From the NCBI RefSeq assembly GCF_006345805.1, contig NC_043010.1, positions 26,908,001-26,972,000 of the forward strand: a stretch of DNA of 64,000 nucleotides, in the 5' to 3' direction. Below the pieces are notes generated by a model that did not search any database, was not told the DNA's origin, and saw only the letters and a list, made by a program, of their open reading frames with translations. Below are positions 51,565 to 64,000 of the stretch, piece after piece. Both the position numbers and the translations under genes were made by a program. The stretch is from Octopus sinensis. Taxonomy: Eukaryota. Position 1 is the first letter of the stretch. Each line of letters opens with the position of its first letter.

Positions 51565-52003
51565 ATATATGCTGGTGGCACATAAAAAGCACTATCCGAA
51601 CATAGCCGATGCCAGTACCCCTTGACTGGCCCCTGTGCCAGTGGTACGTAAAAAGCACCATCTGAACATGGCCAATGCCAGTGCTGCCTGACTGGCTCCC
51701 ATTCCAGCAGCACATAAGAAGCACCATTTGAATGTGGCCGATGCCAGTGACCCCTGACTGGTTCCCATAAAAAGCACTATCCTAACGTGATCAATGCCAG
51801 GACTGCCTGACTGGCTCCTGTGCTGGTGACATGTAAAAAGCACTCACTACACTCTCGGAATGGTTGACATTAGGAAGGGCATCCAGCTGTAGAAATGTTG
51901 CCAGATCAGATTGGAGTCTGGTGCAGCCACTGGCTCTCTAGACCTTGGTCAAACTGTCCAACCCATGCCAGCATGGAAAACGGATGTTAAACGATGATGA
52001 TGA
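51565..52003 (+). mobile_element. RTE 3'-UTR-derived repeat with expanded internal repeats
   Basis: Several gtggcac.taaaaagcac units followed by the RTE tail. Confidence 0.75.
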
Positions 52004-52019
52004 TATATATATATATGTA

Positions 52020-52425
52020 TTTTACTCTTTTACTTGTTTCAGTCATTTGACTGCGGCCATGCTGGAGCACCGCCTTTAGTCGAGCAAGTCAACCCCAGGA
52101 CTTATTCTTTGTAAGCCTAGTACTTATTCTATCAGTCTCTTTTGCCAAACTGCTAAGTTACAGGGATGTAAACATACCAGCATCAGTTGTCAAGCGATGT
52201 TGCGGGGATAAACACAGACAGACAAACACACACACATGCACACACATATATATACATATATACGACAGGCTTCTTTCAATTTCCGTCTACCAAATCCACT
52301 CATAAGGCTTTGTTTGGCCCGAGGCTATAGTAGAAGACACTTGCCCAAGGTGCCACGCAGTGGGACTGAACCCGGAACCATGTGGTTTGTAAGCAAGCTA
52401 CTTACCACACAGCCACTTCTGCGCC
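52020..52425 (-). mobile_element. Full bipartite SINE (family of 3545)
   Basis: Reverse complement of head and tail. Confidence 0.85.
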
Positions 52426-53288
52426 TATATATATAAATATATGTACATGCATACACATATATATATGTATGTATATTTATGTGTGTGTTTGTGCATGTTT
52501 GTAGGGGTGTGTGGGTGTATGCATGTGTATGCGTAAGTGTTTGTGTATAAACAAATATCTTTTGTTTCCGTGATATTTTTGCTCACAACGATTAAGCCCT
52601 TTGTTGACAAATTAGTTTATTAATACCTTCTGCTTACCCTGAGTAATTTATTGATGGGACATGTCTGGTAGCTGTGTATGTCAGTTGTCTGTATGTCTGT
52701 ATGTGTTTGTGTGCATACAAAGAAGAGAGAGAGGGAGTGGGGTGAGAAAGGGAAAGAGAGCAAATCTGAGAGAGAGAGAGAGGGAGAGCGTGTGTGTGTG
52801 TGTCTGTTTGTATAAGTGTACATGTTTTTGTGTATACATGAGAGAAAAGAGAAATATGGATGTATGTGTAGATGCTGTGCAGGTAATTGAATGTGTGTGT
52901 GAGAGAGGGGGGGAGAGCGGGAGGGAGGGAGAGTCAGACAAACAGAAGGTAGATACTTTCTGTGTGTTTAATATATGAGCGAGAGAGAGAGAGAAAGAGA
53001 GGAAAAAGGGAGAGACGCAGAGACAGTGAGATAGTTTGTATATGCCCTTCAGTGTAGGTGTGTGTGTGTGCAAAAGAGCATGTGTTTGTGTGTTCAAAAG
53101 CGAGAAGCAGATTATGTATACATACATGTATGTGTATGTATGTGTGAGAGATTGTGTTGGTGTGTTTGTGTGTAAGAGAGTGAGCATGGGTCTGTAAGAC
53201 TGCATATGTTTCTGTATATGAATTGTGTCAGGGGTGGGTATGAAAGAATAAAAGAGAGAGGGGGTAAGTGAATGTTTATATGTGTGTT

Positions 53289-53350
<62 letters not shown>

Positions 53351-53480
53351 TGTGTGTCATGTGTATTGTATCTGTTTGCATATGTAAGAGAGATGGAGAA
53401 AGAGTATGCATATATGTGTGTGTGTGTATGTATATATATATATATATACACATCTATATATTCATATAAATATATATATA

Positions 53481-53875
53481 TGTTTATATAAGTAAGGTTG
53501 TGTGTCTGTCTCCTACGATTTAGATTCCTAACTACTCCCACATTTTGCTGTGCAGTTTAACCAAAACCGGGTATCTTATAGTCGTGATTCATATCAAGCC
53601 CTTCTGGGTATTAGCGTGCGTCTACGATGAGTCTACGATTTAAAAAAAAATTTACCATCATTTTTTTCCATTTTAATGCATTTTTTTCGCTATTATATCA
53701 GGGAAGTAACTCTCTAAAAATGTCTATGATGAGTCAACGATTTAAAAAAAAAAATTACCATAATTTTTTTTCCATTTTTAATGCATTTTTTGCTATTTTT
53801 TGGCTATAACTCTCTAAAAATGCTTATATAGTTATTTCCCTTACAAACCCGAGCAACGCCGGGCGATACTGCTAG
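53481..53875 (+). mobile_element. Non-autonomous Helitron (family of 1407-2004)
   Basis: Ends cccgagcaacgccgggcgatactgCTAG|T; body is the reverse complement of 1407-2000 with fewer internal repeats. Confidence 0.85.
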
Positions 53876-54344
53876 TATATATATATATTTATATATTAGT
53901 ATGTCAAGGAAAAGAATGTATTTGCACCTGTGAAGGTATATATACACTTGTGTGTGTATGTGTGTTTGTACATGTATGTGAATATATGTGTATATCTGTG
54001 TATGTGTGTGTGTGTAATGTTTACAGTTTAGTTTGTGCAGATTGTGAAGGTCACATATGTCTTGTGTGTATTCATATGCTTAGCACTTGTGTGTGTGTTG
54101 TTTTGTTTATATGCAAATGAGTGTTAATTTATGTGTGTGGACGCGTGTGTACAAACGTGTGTATATATGCATCTACTTAGCATGTGTGTGTTTATTTCGC
54201 ATATATTCTGTTGTTTGTGTTTTCTGCCCATAATTAATTCATTAGTTGCTCTGTCATTTGATAAAGCTATTAATTAACATTGCATTGTCATGTTTTGTTA
54301 GTTAGCAATGTCGATTGCTCTAATTATGTTATCAACATGTGGTT

Positions 54345-54377
<33 letters not shown>

Positions 54378-54769
54378 ATTATTGTTGCTCTTTAGGCCCA
54401 GGTCAAACCTCATCCAGTAAACCTGTCTTCAAAAGGTTTCCAACCATGACCATCCTGTGTTATAATAAACCAAGAACTACACAGTCCAACTTATTTTTGC
54501 TTACTTAAGAGCAGCATCCAGCCATAGAAACCATGCCAAAGCTGACATGGAGCAGCACAATGCAGACCTGTGGCTCACTAGGCTCAATGCAGACCTGTGG
54601 CTCACCAGGCTCAATTTATACCTATGACTCAAACCGTTCAACCCATGACAGCATGGAAAAAGGTTGTTAAATGCTGCTGCTGCTGCTAACGATGATGAAG
54701 GTTGGGGAGAGATTTGGCTGCTAATTTTGGTCAATCAACCTATCATGCAGAGGCCCCACCTTAACTTAC

Positions 54770-55310
54770 ACACCATCAAGTTATACAGTAGGGTGGACTA
54801 GTCTAAGTTTGCATTGTAAAGTTTTACAGCAGGGTGGACAGTGGACTGGTCTAACTTTATACTGTTGAGTTATACACTAGTGTGGGCTGGTCTAACTGAG
54901 CAATGCTAAGTTATTCACTAATACAGACTGGCTTAACTCTACCATCAAGTTACTAACAAATATACTCTGGTCTAAGTGTATACAGTCAAATTACTAACTA
55001 GCGTAAACTACTCTAACTGCATGCCATCAACTTACTAAATGATATGCTCTGGTCTAACTGCACACCAACTCACTGACTAATGTAACAAGTCTAATTGCAC
55101 ATAATTGAATTATTCACCCATGCACACTGACTGTTAGTTAGGTAGACTGGTTAGACAAGTGTAACTGTTCATTTTTCAAGTCATTAATTATTACAAACTG
55201 GTCTAATTGTCTATTAAAGTTATTCATCAGTATTGATTGGTCTTACTGTCCTCTGCAAAGTTATCTCACCAATGTGAACTGGTCTCATTGTGCACCAACA
55301 AGTGGTCAGT
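54770..55310. repeat. Old ~41-bp minisatellite
   Basis: Recurring ctggtctaa-like core near 54797, 54845, 54886, 54927, 54967, 55008, 55049, 55088 and onward. Confidence 0.7.
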
Positions 55311-55385
55311 GTAAATGTGCACTGCCTTACATTTGTAGCCATTATGGACTATGTATATAGAGATAGATAGATGGCTAGCTAGGTT

Positions 55386-55425
<40 letters not shown>

Positions 55426-55431
55426 TATAGA

Positions 55432-55470
<39 letters not shown>

Positions 55471-55531
55471 GTAGAGAAGTAGATAGATAGATAGATATAT
55501 AGCTAGATAGATAGATAGATAGACAAACAGG

Positions 55532-55563
<32 letters not shown>

Positions 55564-55964
55564 TAGACAGGTAGATAGATAGACAGATAGATAGATAGAT
55601 AAATAGATAGACCGGTAGATAGATAGATAGATAGATACTTATAACCGATGTGTGTGTGTATATATATATGTTATTTCATAAACACAATACATGTTTTCAT
55701 GTGTTACTATTAGTTTCATGTGCAGAGAACATGCCAAACATTGTTTATAACACATATAGTGTCCCAGCACAATCATAAGCACATGAAACTATTAGCTATT
55801 AGTAGTACATAAAAACATATATTGTGTTTATCAAATACTATTTGTCTCTCCCAAGATGGAGTATTCTTTTTGCTGATCTTACCATTGAAGAACAGTACAC
55901 ACACACACACATGTATACAGTAATCTCTTTCACCTGTATATATATTTATATAGCACATCCTAGT

Positions 55965-56320
55965 GTGATCGTTGCCAGGGCCACGGATTGTACCCCATAC
56001 CGGTGGTACGTAAAAAGCATCTTTCAAGTGAGATCATTGCCAGCGTCCCCTTACCAGCACGTGCCGGTGGCACATGACAAACAACATTCAAACATGGTTG
56101 TTGCCAGTGCCACCAGACTGGCTCCTGTGCAGGTAGCACATAAAAAACACCTTTTGAGCGTGATCGTTGCCAGAACCACCACATTGGCCCTCATGCCGGT
56201 GGCACATAAAGGCACCCACTACGCTCTCGGAGTGGTTGACTCATCAGTCCTCAGTCAAATCATCCAACCCATGCCAGCATGGAAAGCGGACATTAAACGA
56301 CAATGATGATGATGATGATA
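55965..56320 (+). mobile_element. RTE 3'-UTR-derived repeat
   Basis: Ends catggaaagcggacattaaacgacaatgatgatg. Confidence 0.7.
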
Positions 56321-56574
56321 CAGTAATCTCAGTTGACCTATCACAGTTCACCTATTGCAGTTTATTATTTAAGCTCATATTGATTCCTCTGTGGTGTTGT
56401 TTTGCATTTATAATAAAATAAATATATGCAAAGTATAAAAATAATAAAAAAATATACGGTACAGTACTGTTTCTACTTTGTGGATTTTCACCCACAGTGG
56501 GGGGGTTTTTGAACATAACACCCGTGATAGTCAAGGGATTACTGTATACACACACACACACACATATATATATA

Positions 56575-58560
56575 GGTTTTACGTGTTGAAGTGTGAAGTC
56601 TCAAAACGTTAAAGACAGCTTCCAGTTTTCTTGGGCACTAAACTGACTAACCCTAATTGTTGTTCTTTCACTCTATCTTTACATTTCTTTAGTTTTTTGG
56701 AGCATACATACATAGACTCACACTCATACCTAAACTTCTCCTCCCCCCACCCCAAACACACCAAGCTTTCCATCCCCTATTCCCAATTCCTCCGTCTACG
56801 CAGGCTCTGTAGTGACGACCATGACTTTGAGACTCAGTCCCAACTCATGGCTCGCCACTTCATCCTACGTGGATATCCCCTCACCACTATCCACATCACC
56901 CTTGCCAGAGCACATTCCATGGACTGTGCATCTGCTCTCTCCCCCCGAACCCGCCCTGCAGTCTCCCACCTCCATTTTCCTCTCACCTACCACCCCACCA
57001 CCCTACCTCTCCAACGCACCATTCTCCGAGCTTTCCGGCATCGCCAGTCCAACCCGTCCACTTCACACATCTTCCCTAACCGACCCCTCCCCTCCTTCAA
57101 ACGAGCCCACAACCTACGAGACCTCTTGGTCCACAGCTTCTTCCCCAACCCCACCTCCCAACCTGGCTCGTTCCCCTGCTCCTGCCCACGCTGCCGCACT
57201 TGCCCTTACCACTCCAACACCACCCTCCTCACCGGCACCCATCATCGACCCTATCACATCATCGACTCTTTCACCTGCACCTCCAGCAATATCTTCTATT
57301 GCATCTCCTGCTCTCTCAGCCATTCCCTGTACATCGGACAAACGGGACACCGCTTGGCAATGACACCCCAGTCTCACACCATTTCCGCTCCACCAGTCAC
57401 TCCTTGCAACACCTGTCTGTGTTCGGATTGTCCTTGCACAGAGGCCATCCGGACTCCTGTTTGCGCTGTGAACAGGGATTTAATCTTCTCTCTTCGCTCT
57501 TTTACGCCATTTGGGCTCAATTCTCCTCCCCTCTTCATCTAACCTCCTCCCCGACTCCTACTTCTCTTCACTCCTACATCTTTTCATCCCTAATCTCTTT
57601 CCCTTTTCTCCCTTATTCTCTTTCTCTCTTCTCTCTTTCTCTCTGCTCCCTCACTCTCCTCCTCCCTCTCCCTCCTCCTCTCCTCTCTCTCCCCTCCCTC
57701 CTCCCTCCCACCCAACTCTCCTCTTTTGCCCCGACTCCTACTTCTCTTCACTGCTACTTCCCTTCACCCCCTACTCTCTTTCCCTCTTCTTTTACTCTCT
57801 TTCTCTCTTCTCTCCTACTCTCTTTCTCTCTTTCTCTCCCCTCCTTCTCTCTTACTCTCTTATTCTCTTTCTCTCTTCTCTCCTCCCTTCTTCTCTCCTA
57901 CTCTTTCACCCTCTCTTTCTCTCTTCTCTCTTTCTCTCATCTCTCCTCCTCTCTCTTCACATACCCACCTTCCCTTACCCCCCATAAACCCACCCACCCC
58001 TACACATCCCTACTCCACCTTCCCTATCCTTCCAATCCCCCATCCTATCCCACACCCCTCCCTCACATACTCCACCTCTACCCCCCACCCTCTGCCTACC
58101 CACAAACCCCAACTCTACCCCAACCCCCAGCCGAACCCACACTCCACCCGTGCTTTCCCCACTCTCGCCTCCCCCACCTCCCAACAACATCACACCACAC
58201 TACACCATACAACATTACACATCACATCACAACACACCACCCACACACCCATCCCCACATCTTCACACCTACACATACACGCACACGTCCAGACCACCAG
58301 CCCTCTTTCACACGCGCATACTCTCTTATACACACATGCACCTTTGTGTTGGGGGTCATCTTTACCTTGTTATCTCCCCTACTTTCCTTTCTGTGTTTGA
58401 CCCTTCTGTCCGGCACTAGTCGCCATGATAGATCGTTAGCCACTACACACATTTTTTTCTCTCCTTGGTTTTTTCTGTGTCCCTTTCTATAGAAGAGCGT
58501 AGGCTCGAAACGTAAAAGACTTTTCTATTCCTGAGCGTTATACTAAGACACCACCTGTCT
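56575..58560 (+). mobile_element. Penelope-like element remnant (RT thumb + Cys linker + GIY-YIG) with pyrimidine-rich tail
   Basis: ORF 56631-57542: DSHSYLNFSSPHP..KLSIPYSQFLRLRRLCS...RGYP...CPRCRTC...FTCTSSNIFYCISC...LYIGQTG. Similar ..gaag....tc.aaacgt.aaagac motifs near 56590 and 58495. Confidence 0.85.
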
Positions 58561-58660
58561 TCCTCTTTTGTTTTTTGCGTATACTCTCCCTATATATATA
58601 TATATATATATATATAAATACACACATACATATACATACATATATATATATGTATATATA

Positions 58661-58820
58661 CTTTATTTAAAAGCAGCAGAAAATTCAACAAAACCTGTTA
58701 CTCTGAGTTTCACATAACAGGTTTTGTTGAATTTTCTGCTGCATTTAAATAAAGCATATTATTCTACCACTGGTATTTGAGTACTCTTTTTTCCACCTTG
58801 TTTCACATTTATGTGTTCAC
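58661..58820 (+). repeat. Hairpin-capped copy of the 23682-23820 terminal-repeat family
   Basis: Arms 58661-58700 / 58715-58754; the plus arm continues as a match to 23716-23820. Confidence 0.85.
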
Positions 58821-59439
58821 TCCGGTATATGCATATATATATATATATGGGGGAAGAGGTTTGTGTAGTCTGTGTGTGTATATTTGTGTCCTCCATCACC
58901 ACTTCACACACACATACACATATATATATGTCCATATTTTTTCTTCTCTTCAAGAGGGAGCTTCTACATCGGTGGTTCTCTGCCATTTTAATATCTGGGC
59001 CAGATCCCAAATCTTAATTTTTGTAGGGGACCACACTAAAAAATGTAAAGCACCAGTGAATTATAGAAGGGAGACTGTCAAGGGTCACTTGAAGGATGCT
59101 TGAAGGCCTCATGAGGCTCTGAGAGCCACGATGGAGAAAAATTGTTCTACATGATTATTCAACCTGTTAGAAATAGCAGCCAAATCTCCATCATGCCATA
59201 ACCTTAAAAAAACAGCATATATTGTCATTCAACAGTACAATAAACTTGAAGAAAAGGATGGAGTGGTCATGGCTGGAATGCCTTTTATCTTATATCTTCT
59301 CAATCAGAGCTTTCTTGAAAAAAGAAAAAAGCAATAACATCTAACACTTTTCTTTTTCACCCTTCCGTTTTCCAACTTTATTTACTAACCCTTTGTTATA
59401 TCCCCGTTTCATACTAGCCCTTATTTTTGTATTTTGTAG

Positions 59440-59547
59440 ATACCAAAATTAGGAAAAGCAAAGCCAGTACCAAAAACACTATATGAGGAACCAAGTGAAT
59501 TCAAAACCCTCTATAGCCTCAAGAAGAACAATAAAGCGCTTGCAGAG
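59440..59547 (+). CDS. CFAP99: Internal coding exon of CFAP99-like gene
   Basis: Acceptor ttatttttgtattttgtag, donor GAG|gttggt. 108 bp, phase 0/0: IPKLGKAKPVPKTLYEEPSEFKTLYSLKKNNKALAE, fitting the recalled CFAP99 pattern xPxxxKxxPVPxxxYxxPxExxxLxxxKxxNxxxAE. Confidence 0.8.
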
Positions 59548-60619
59548 GTTGGTCTGACTTCCTTCAATTATTATATTTTCTGTTTAAACTTTCTTTATTC
59601 CAATTTTCAGGGCTTTTAGATTGCCCCAGCATCTCTTTTAATATATTCGTGGAGACTTTTAAGGACCAGCATGTTGCTCTTGTCAGATGACATTAAACAG
59701 GTGTGAGGTGAACCTCTTCAGTCTTTCTCTCAGGTTAGTAAAAGCAATCTCAGGTGATTTTGTATCCTATGCTTGTTCAATTAAGCAAAATACTTGAGTT
59801 TCATTATCAATATCATCACCACTATCACCACCAACAACAGCCGTAAAACAATGCCTCAAAAATGTATTCCTCTAACCGATGCTAGCATGGAAAAACATAC
59901 ATAAAAATAAACAAAGGAATGAACAGTGGCATGCTACAGAGTTAATATAAATTGGTGACCTATGAGTTCTATAATCTCCACCCATCCAGCCACACTCTCA
60001 ATAATAACTTGAGCTCTTTGTTCTCATTATTTTCATTATCTTCTTATTGACTACTTAATCAGTCCTGACATTGTCAAACAATCAAGACAATTAATTCACC
60101 CAAGACTGTTCATGATCCCTTGTATCCATGGTTGGATGATCAGGGCTATTGAATTCCAGTGAAATCCAGCTCTTCTTGCATGCAAACACTGTTGATCCTA
60201 TTCTGTAGAAGCCCTTTCTTCCATTTTCCAATCATGTCAACTGAGCCATTTCTGAGATAACCCCCATCAATGCCATATGTAATCACACCATCCATTCTTT
60301 ATTCTTCATCATTATCGTTTAACATCCACTCTTCATGCTGGCATGGGTTAGATGGTTTGACTGGAACTGGTAAACTGGAGAGCTGCACCAGGTTCTAGTC
60401 TGACTTGGCATGCTTCCTACAGCTGGATGCTCTTCCTAACGCCAACAGCATCCATGTTTCTTTTAATTTTTTTTCAATAATCAATCATTCAGGAGGTTTT
60501 TAATAAAATACCCAATATTTCCATTATTAAGTTTTTTTATTTCTAACTTCATCAGCATCTTCATCATGATTATCATCATCATCATCATTTAATGTCCATG
60601 TTACTTACTCCTTTACTCC

Positions 60620-63600
60620 TACTCCTGGTAGGGGCAACAATCTTGAATGTTTCAATGATGACAGTTCAAAAGTGAGAACAGGTGTAGCATGTCTATCAAA
60701 CGAACACAGAGACCTTCTTTTCAGGCACTGAATAACATCTCCCCTTCCTGTGCCTCCTCCCACATTCCTTTCCCAATTTTCAGAGTCAGCACTGTCAATG
60801 TAGGCACGTTGAAAGGTAGGTCGAGTGAGATTATAGAGATGCTTGAATGGAGATGGGTTGATGTATACTGCATACAAGAGGTAAGGTAGAGCGGAGCTTC
60901 AGCCAGGGTCCTCATAGGCAAGGCACATAGGTATAAAATCTTCTGGGAAGGTAACAGTGACAGAGTAGGTGGTGTAGGCATACTCCTTGCAAAGAAATGG
61001 GTGGATAAGGTCATAGAGGTAGTCAGGGTGTGTGAGAGAGTGCTTAAGCTCAGCAAGTCTTTCAGAATATTATAGTTACAATTATCTCTGCCTACACCCC
61101 ACAAGGATACTGGAGTTCTGTGATGCAAGCAACCTATTAATCTGCAACACCAACTTCAGGAATCCAGCAAGCCACCTGATAATCTATCAAACAGGTGACT
61201 CTGCTGGCCAGATTGATTTCATCCTCACCAAACAGCAGGATGCTTGGTTGCTCTTAAATACAAAGACCCTCCCAGGTGAAGAATGTACTCCCCAGCATAG
61301 ACTAGTCATTAGTAACTTTAGACTTGATGCTAGAAGGATGCCAAGAAGCAGACCAATCCAGAAAAGAAGAATTTGGAAGCTTAAGAACCCTTCACATGGT
61401 CAGAGATTTAGGGACATCCTCATTGAGAAATTTTATGAGAAAGAGGAAGATCTATAGAATTTGGACATAGAGGGTAACTGGAAATTCCTATGTGAGAGCT
61501 TATTGAGCACCACAAACCAAATCTGTGGCTGGTGCAAAGTCCCTTCCAAACCTAGGGTAACATGGTGGTAGAATAATACAGTAGACAGGACCATTAGAGC
61601 AAATAAACAGGCCTGGAAAACCTGGAAAGGTGGGGGTAGCAATGAACTGTACCAGATAACAAGAAAGGAGGCTGGGAGACAGATATATATAGCCAAGGGA
61701 GAAGCAGAAAAGAAGAAGTTTGCCAATGTTCAGCAACTCGAGGACCAAAGAACTGAAGTGTTTCAGATTGCAAGACAGTGTGTGAGAGAAAATTGTGATG
61801 TTACAGTAGAGAAATGTGTCCGCATGGATGATGGTACTCTTGCTTTTAATGATTCAGTAATGAAAGAGGCTTGGAGATGCCATTATGAAAGGCTGCTGAA
61901 TGTGGAGAATGAATGGGAGCAGGAGAGCCTGCCAAATGTTGACCTAGTTGAGGGACCAGCTACCTGAATCAACAGCACCCTGTAGATAAAACAATTAAGG
62001 ATATGAAGTCAGGAAAAGCCCCCAGCCCCATCAGGAATCACTGCTGAGATGTTTAAAATATCTGGTGGTGTGGGTTATGGTCTAGTCACCCATATTGTAA
62101 ACCAGGTGGTTCACGAAGGAGTCATACCCAATGACTGGCGTAGTAGCACCATAGTCAGCTGCTACAAAGGTAAAGGTGATGCTTTAGATAGAAATAGCTA
62201 CAGGAGTAGTAAATTGCTGGATCAGGTGATAAAGGTCATGGAGAGGGTCATAACCCAACTAATTAGGGAGTCAGCCTAGATGAGATGCAGTTCGGCTTTG
62301 TGCCAAGTAGAAACACCAATGATGCTATATTTCTGCAGGAGAAATACTTAGCCAAAGATAAACCCCTATACTTGGCTTTTGTTGACTTGGGGAAAGCCTT
62401 TGACAGGATCCCTCCGATCCCTTATCTAGTGGGCAATGGAGAAACTAAGGATAGATGAGTGGTTAGTAAGAGCTGTACAGCCCCTGTACAATGATGCTGT
62501 CAGTAAGGTAAGGATCAGCAATGAGCATAGTGAAGAATTCCAGTTAGAAGTAGGTGTTCACCAAGGATCAGTCCTCAGCCCCCTCTTATTCATCATAGTC
62601 CTCCAGGCAATAACAGAGAAGTTCAAGACAGACTGCCCCTGGGAGCTCCTCCATGCTGATGACCTTGTTCTCATAGCTGAATCACTACCACATCTAGAGA
62701 AGAAATTTCAGATGTGGAAGCAAGGTTTAGAATTAAAGCCCTAGTAGGTAGGAAGGCGAATAAATCACAAACCCTTTCAGGTAGATGACCCTGCTCGATC
62801 TGTAGAAAAGGTGTAGGTAGAAGCTCCATAAGATGTGCTCAGTGTAAGCTATGGATGCATAAAAGGTGCAGCAACATCAAAGGAAGGCTAACAAGTATGA
62901 CAAATTTTGTGTGCGACAGATGCACAGGAGCAGTAAACATCGAAGATGTCCAGAAAACAGATTCCATCACATGCCAGAGGGAGAAACTAGAAGTAGTTGA
63001 TAGCTTCCGGTACGTAGATGACCAACTCTGTAGCGGGGGGTGGATGCTCGGAGAGCATTGCCACTAGAATAAGAATAGCCTGGGCTAAGTTCAGAAAGCT
63101 CCTACCTCTACTTGGGATAAAGGGCCTCTCGCTCATAGTGAAAGGTAGACTTTATGATGCATGTATGCGAACTGCCATGCTACACGGCAGTGAAACATGG
63201 GCCGTGACTGCTGAAGACATGCGTAGACGTGAAAGAAATGAAGCTAGTATGATCCGCTGGATGTGTAATGTCAGTGTGCACACATGACAGAGTGTAAGTG
63301 CCCTGAAAGAAATGTTGGACATAAGAAGCATTAGATGTAGTGTACAAGAGATATGACTGCGGTGGTATGGTCGTGTGCTGTGTATGGATGAGGAGAGCTG
63401 TATGAAGAAGTGTCACCCCCTGACAGTAGAAGGAACCCGTGGAAGAGGGTGACCTAGGAATACATGGGATGAGATGGTGAAGCATGACCTTCAAATGTTG
63501 GGCCTCACAGATGCAATGATAGGAGACCGAGACCTCTGGAGATATGTTGTGATTGAGAAGCGTGATCACAGCTGTAGCCTGTACCAGTGTCACATAACCA

Positions 63601-63885
63601 GCCCATTTTAAAAAGTACCTTTGAATCGTCAGGTGACACGCTGTACTTGAGGAGACCTATTGAGTCAAGTAAAATGAAAATCAAAATCAAAAGGGAAATT
63701 GTAGTTGTGACTGATACCAGTACCGCCAGACTGGCTCCCTTGCTGGTGGCATGCAATAAGCACCATTTATGCATGAATCAAAGTCAGTGCCACTTGACTA
63801 GTTCCTCATGTTGGTGGCATGTAAAAAGCACCATCCGAACGTGGCTGATGCCAGCATGGAAAACAGATGTTAAGCAATGATGGTG
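60620..63885 (+). mobile_element. Older, heavily disrupted RTE LINE
   Basis: STVNVGTLKGRS..YCIQEVR; GVHQGSVLSPLLF; LLHADDL; LHGSETW; many stops; RTE-type tail. Confidence 0.9.
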
Positions 63886-64000
63886 ATGGTGGTGGTGGTG
63901 GTAGCATGGATTGGACAGTTTGACAGGACTCGCTGTGTTCAAGGACTGCATCATGGTCTAATGTCTGTTTTGGCATGGTTTTTGCGGTTGGGTGCCCTTC

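Noticed and set aside
57200-58492. 430-aa ORF and overlapping Leu/Ser/Pro-rich ORFs
   Set aside because: C/T-rich low-complexity tail of the Penelope-like remnant, where stop codons are rare by composition.
59611-59700. Strong ttttcag acceptor 63 nt after the third exon as the next CFAP99 exon
   Set aside because: Phase 0 gives GGC TTT TAG at once; the alternative AG at 59619 is open to cag|gtgtga but the peptide does not resemble the expected CFAP99 continuation.

Overview
AT-rich, microsatellite-dense animal genomic DNA. The SINE/LINE repertoire looks like an Octopus genome (recognised from memory, not searched). The only host gene I can support is a plus-strand CFAP99-like gene: three small GT-AG exons (24218-24312, 31302-31360, 59440-59547) splice into one open frame across 7.0 kb and 28.1 kb introns. 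Everything else is repeat-derived: a decayed autonomous Helitron (Rep + PIF1 helicase), four non-autonomous Helitrons, a Helentron/HINE-like element carrying a Gypsy integrase fragment, an R4/Dong-type RLE LINE sitting in (TAA)n, five RTE LINE copies (two forming a ~3 kb head-to-head inverted pair), a Penelope-like (GIY-YIG) remnant, mariner and DD37D-like transposase relics, and many SINEs. The most interesting signal is invisible in the ORF track. About a dozen type I hammerhead-ribozyme (HHR) motifs occur, most with a very short palindromic stem III like the minimal HHRs of Penelope-like elements and retrozymes. Four of them punctuate a ~580-bp tandem array (36884-38936), a candidate circRNA-producing retrozyme. 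Several others sit at the centre of fold-back palindromes whose breakpoints fall 0-11 nt from the predicted cleavage site. All structures and translations were read by eye; no ribozyme activity, expression or database match has been verified.
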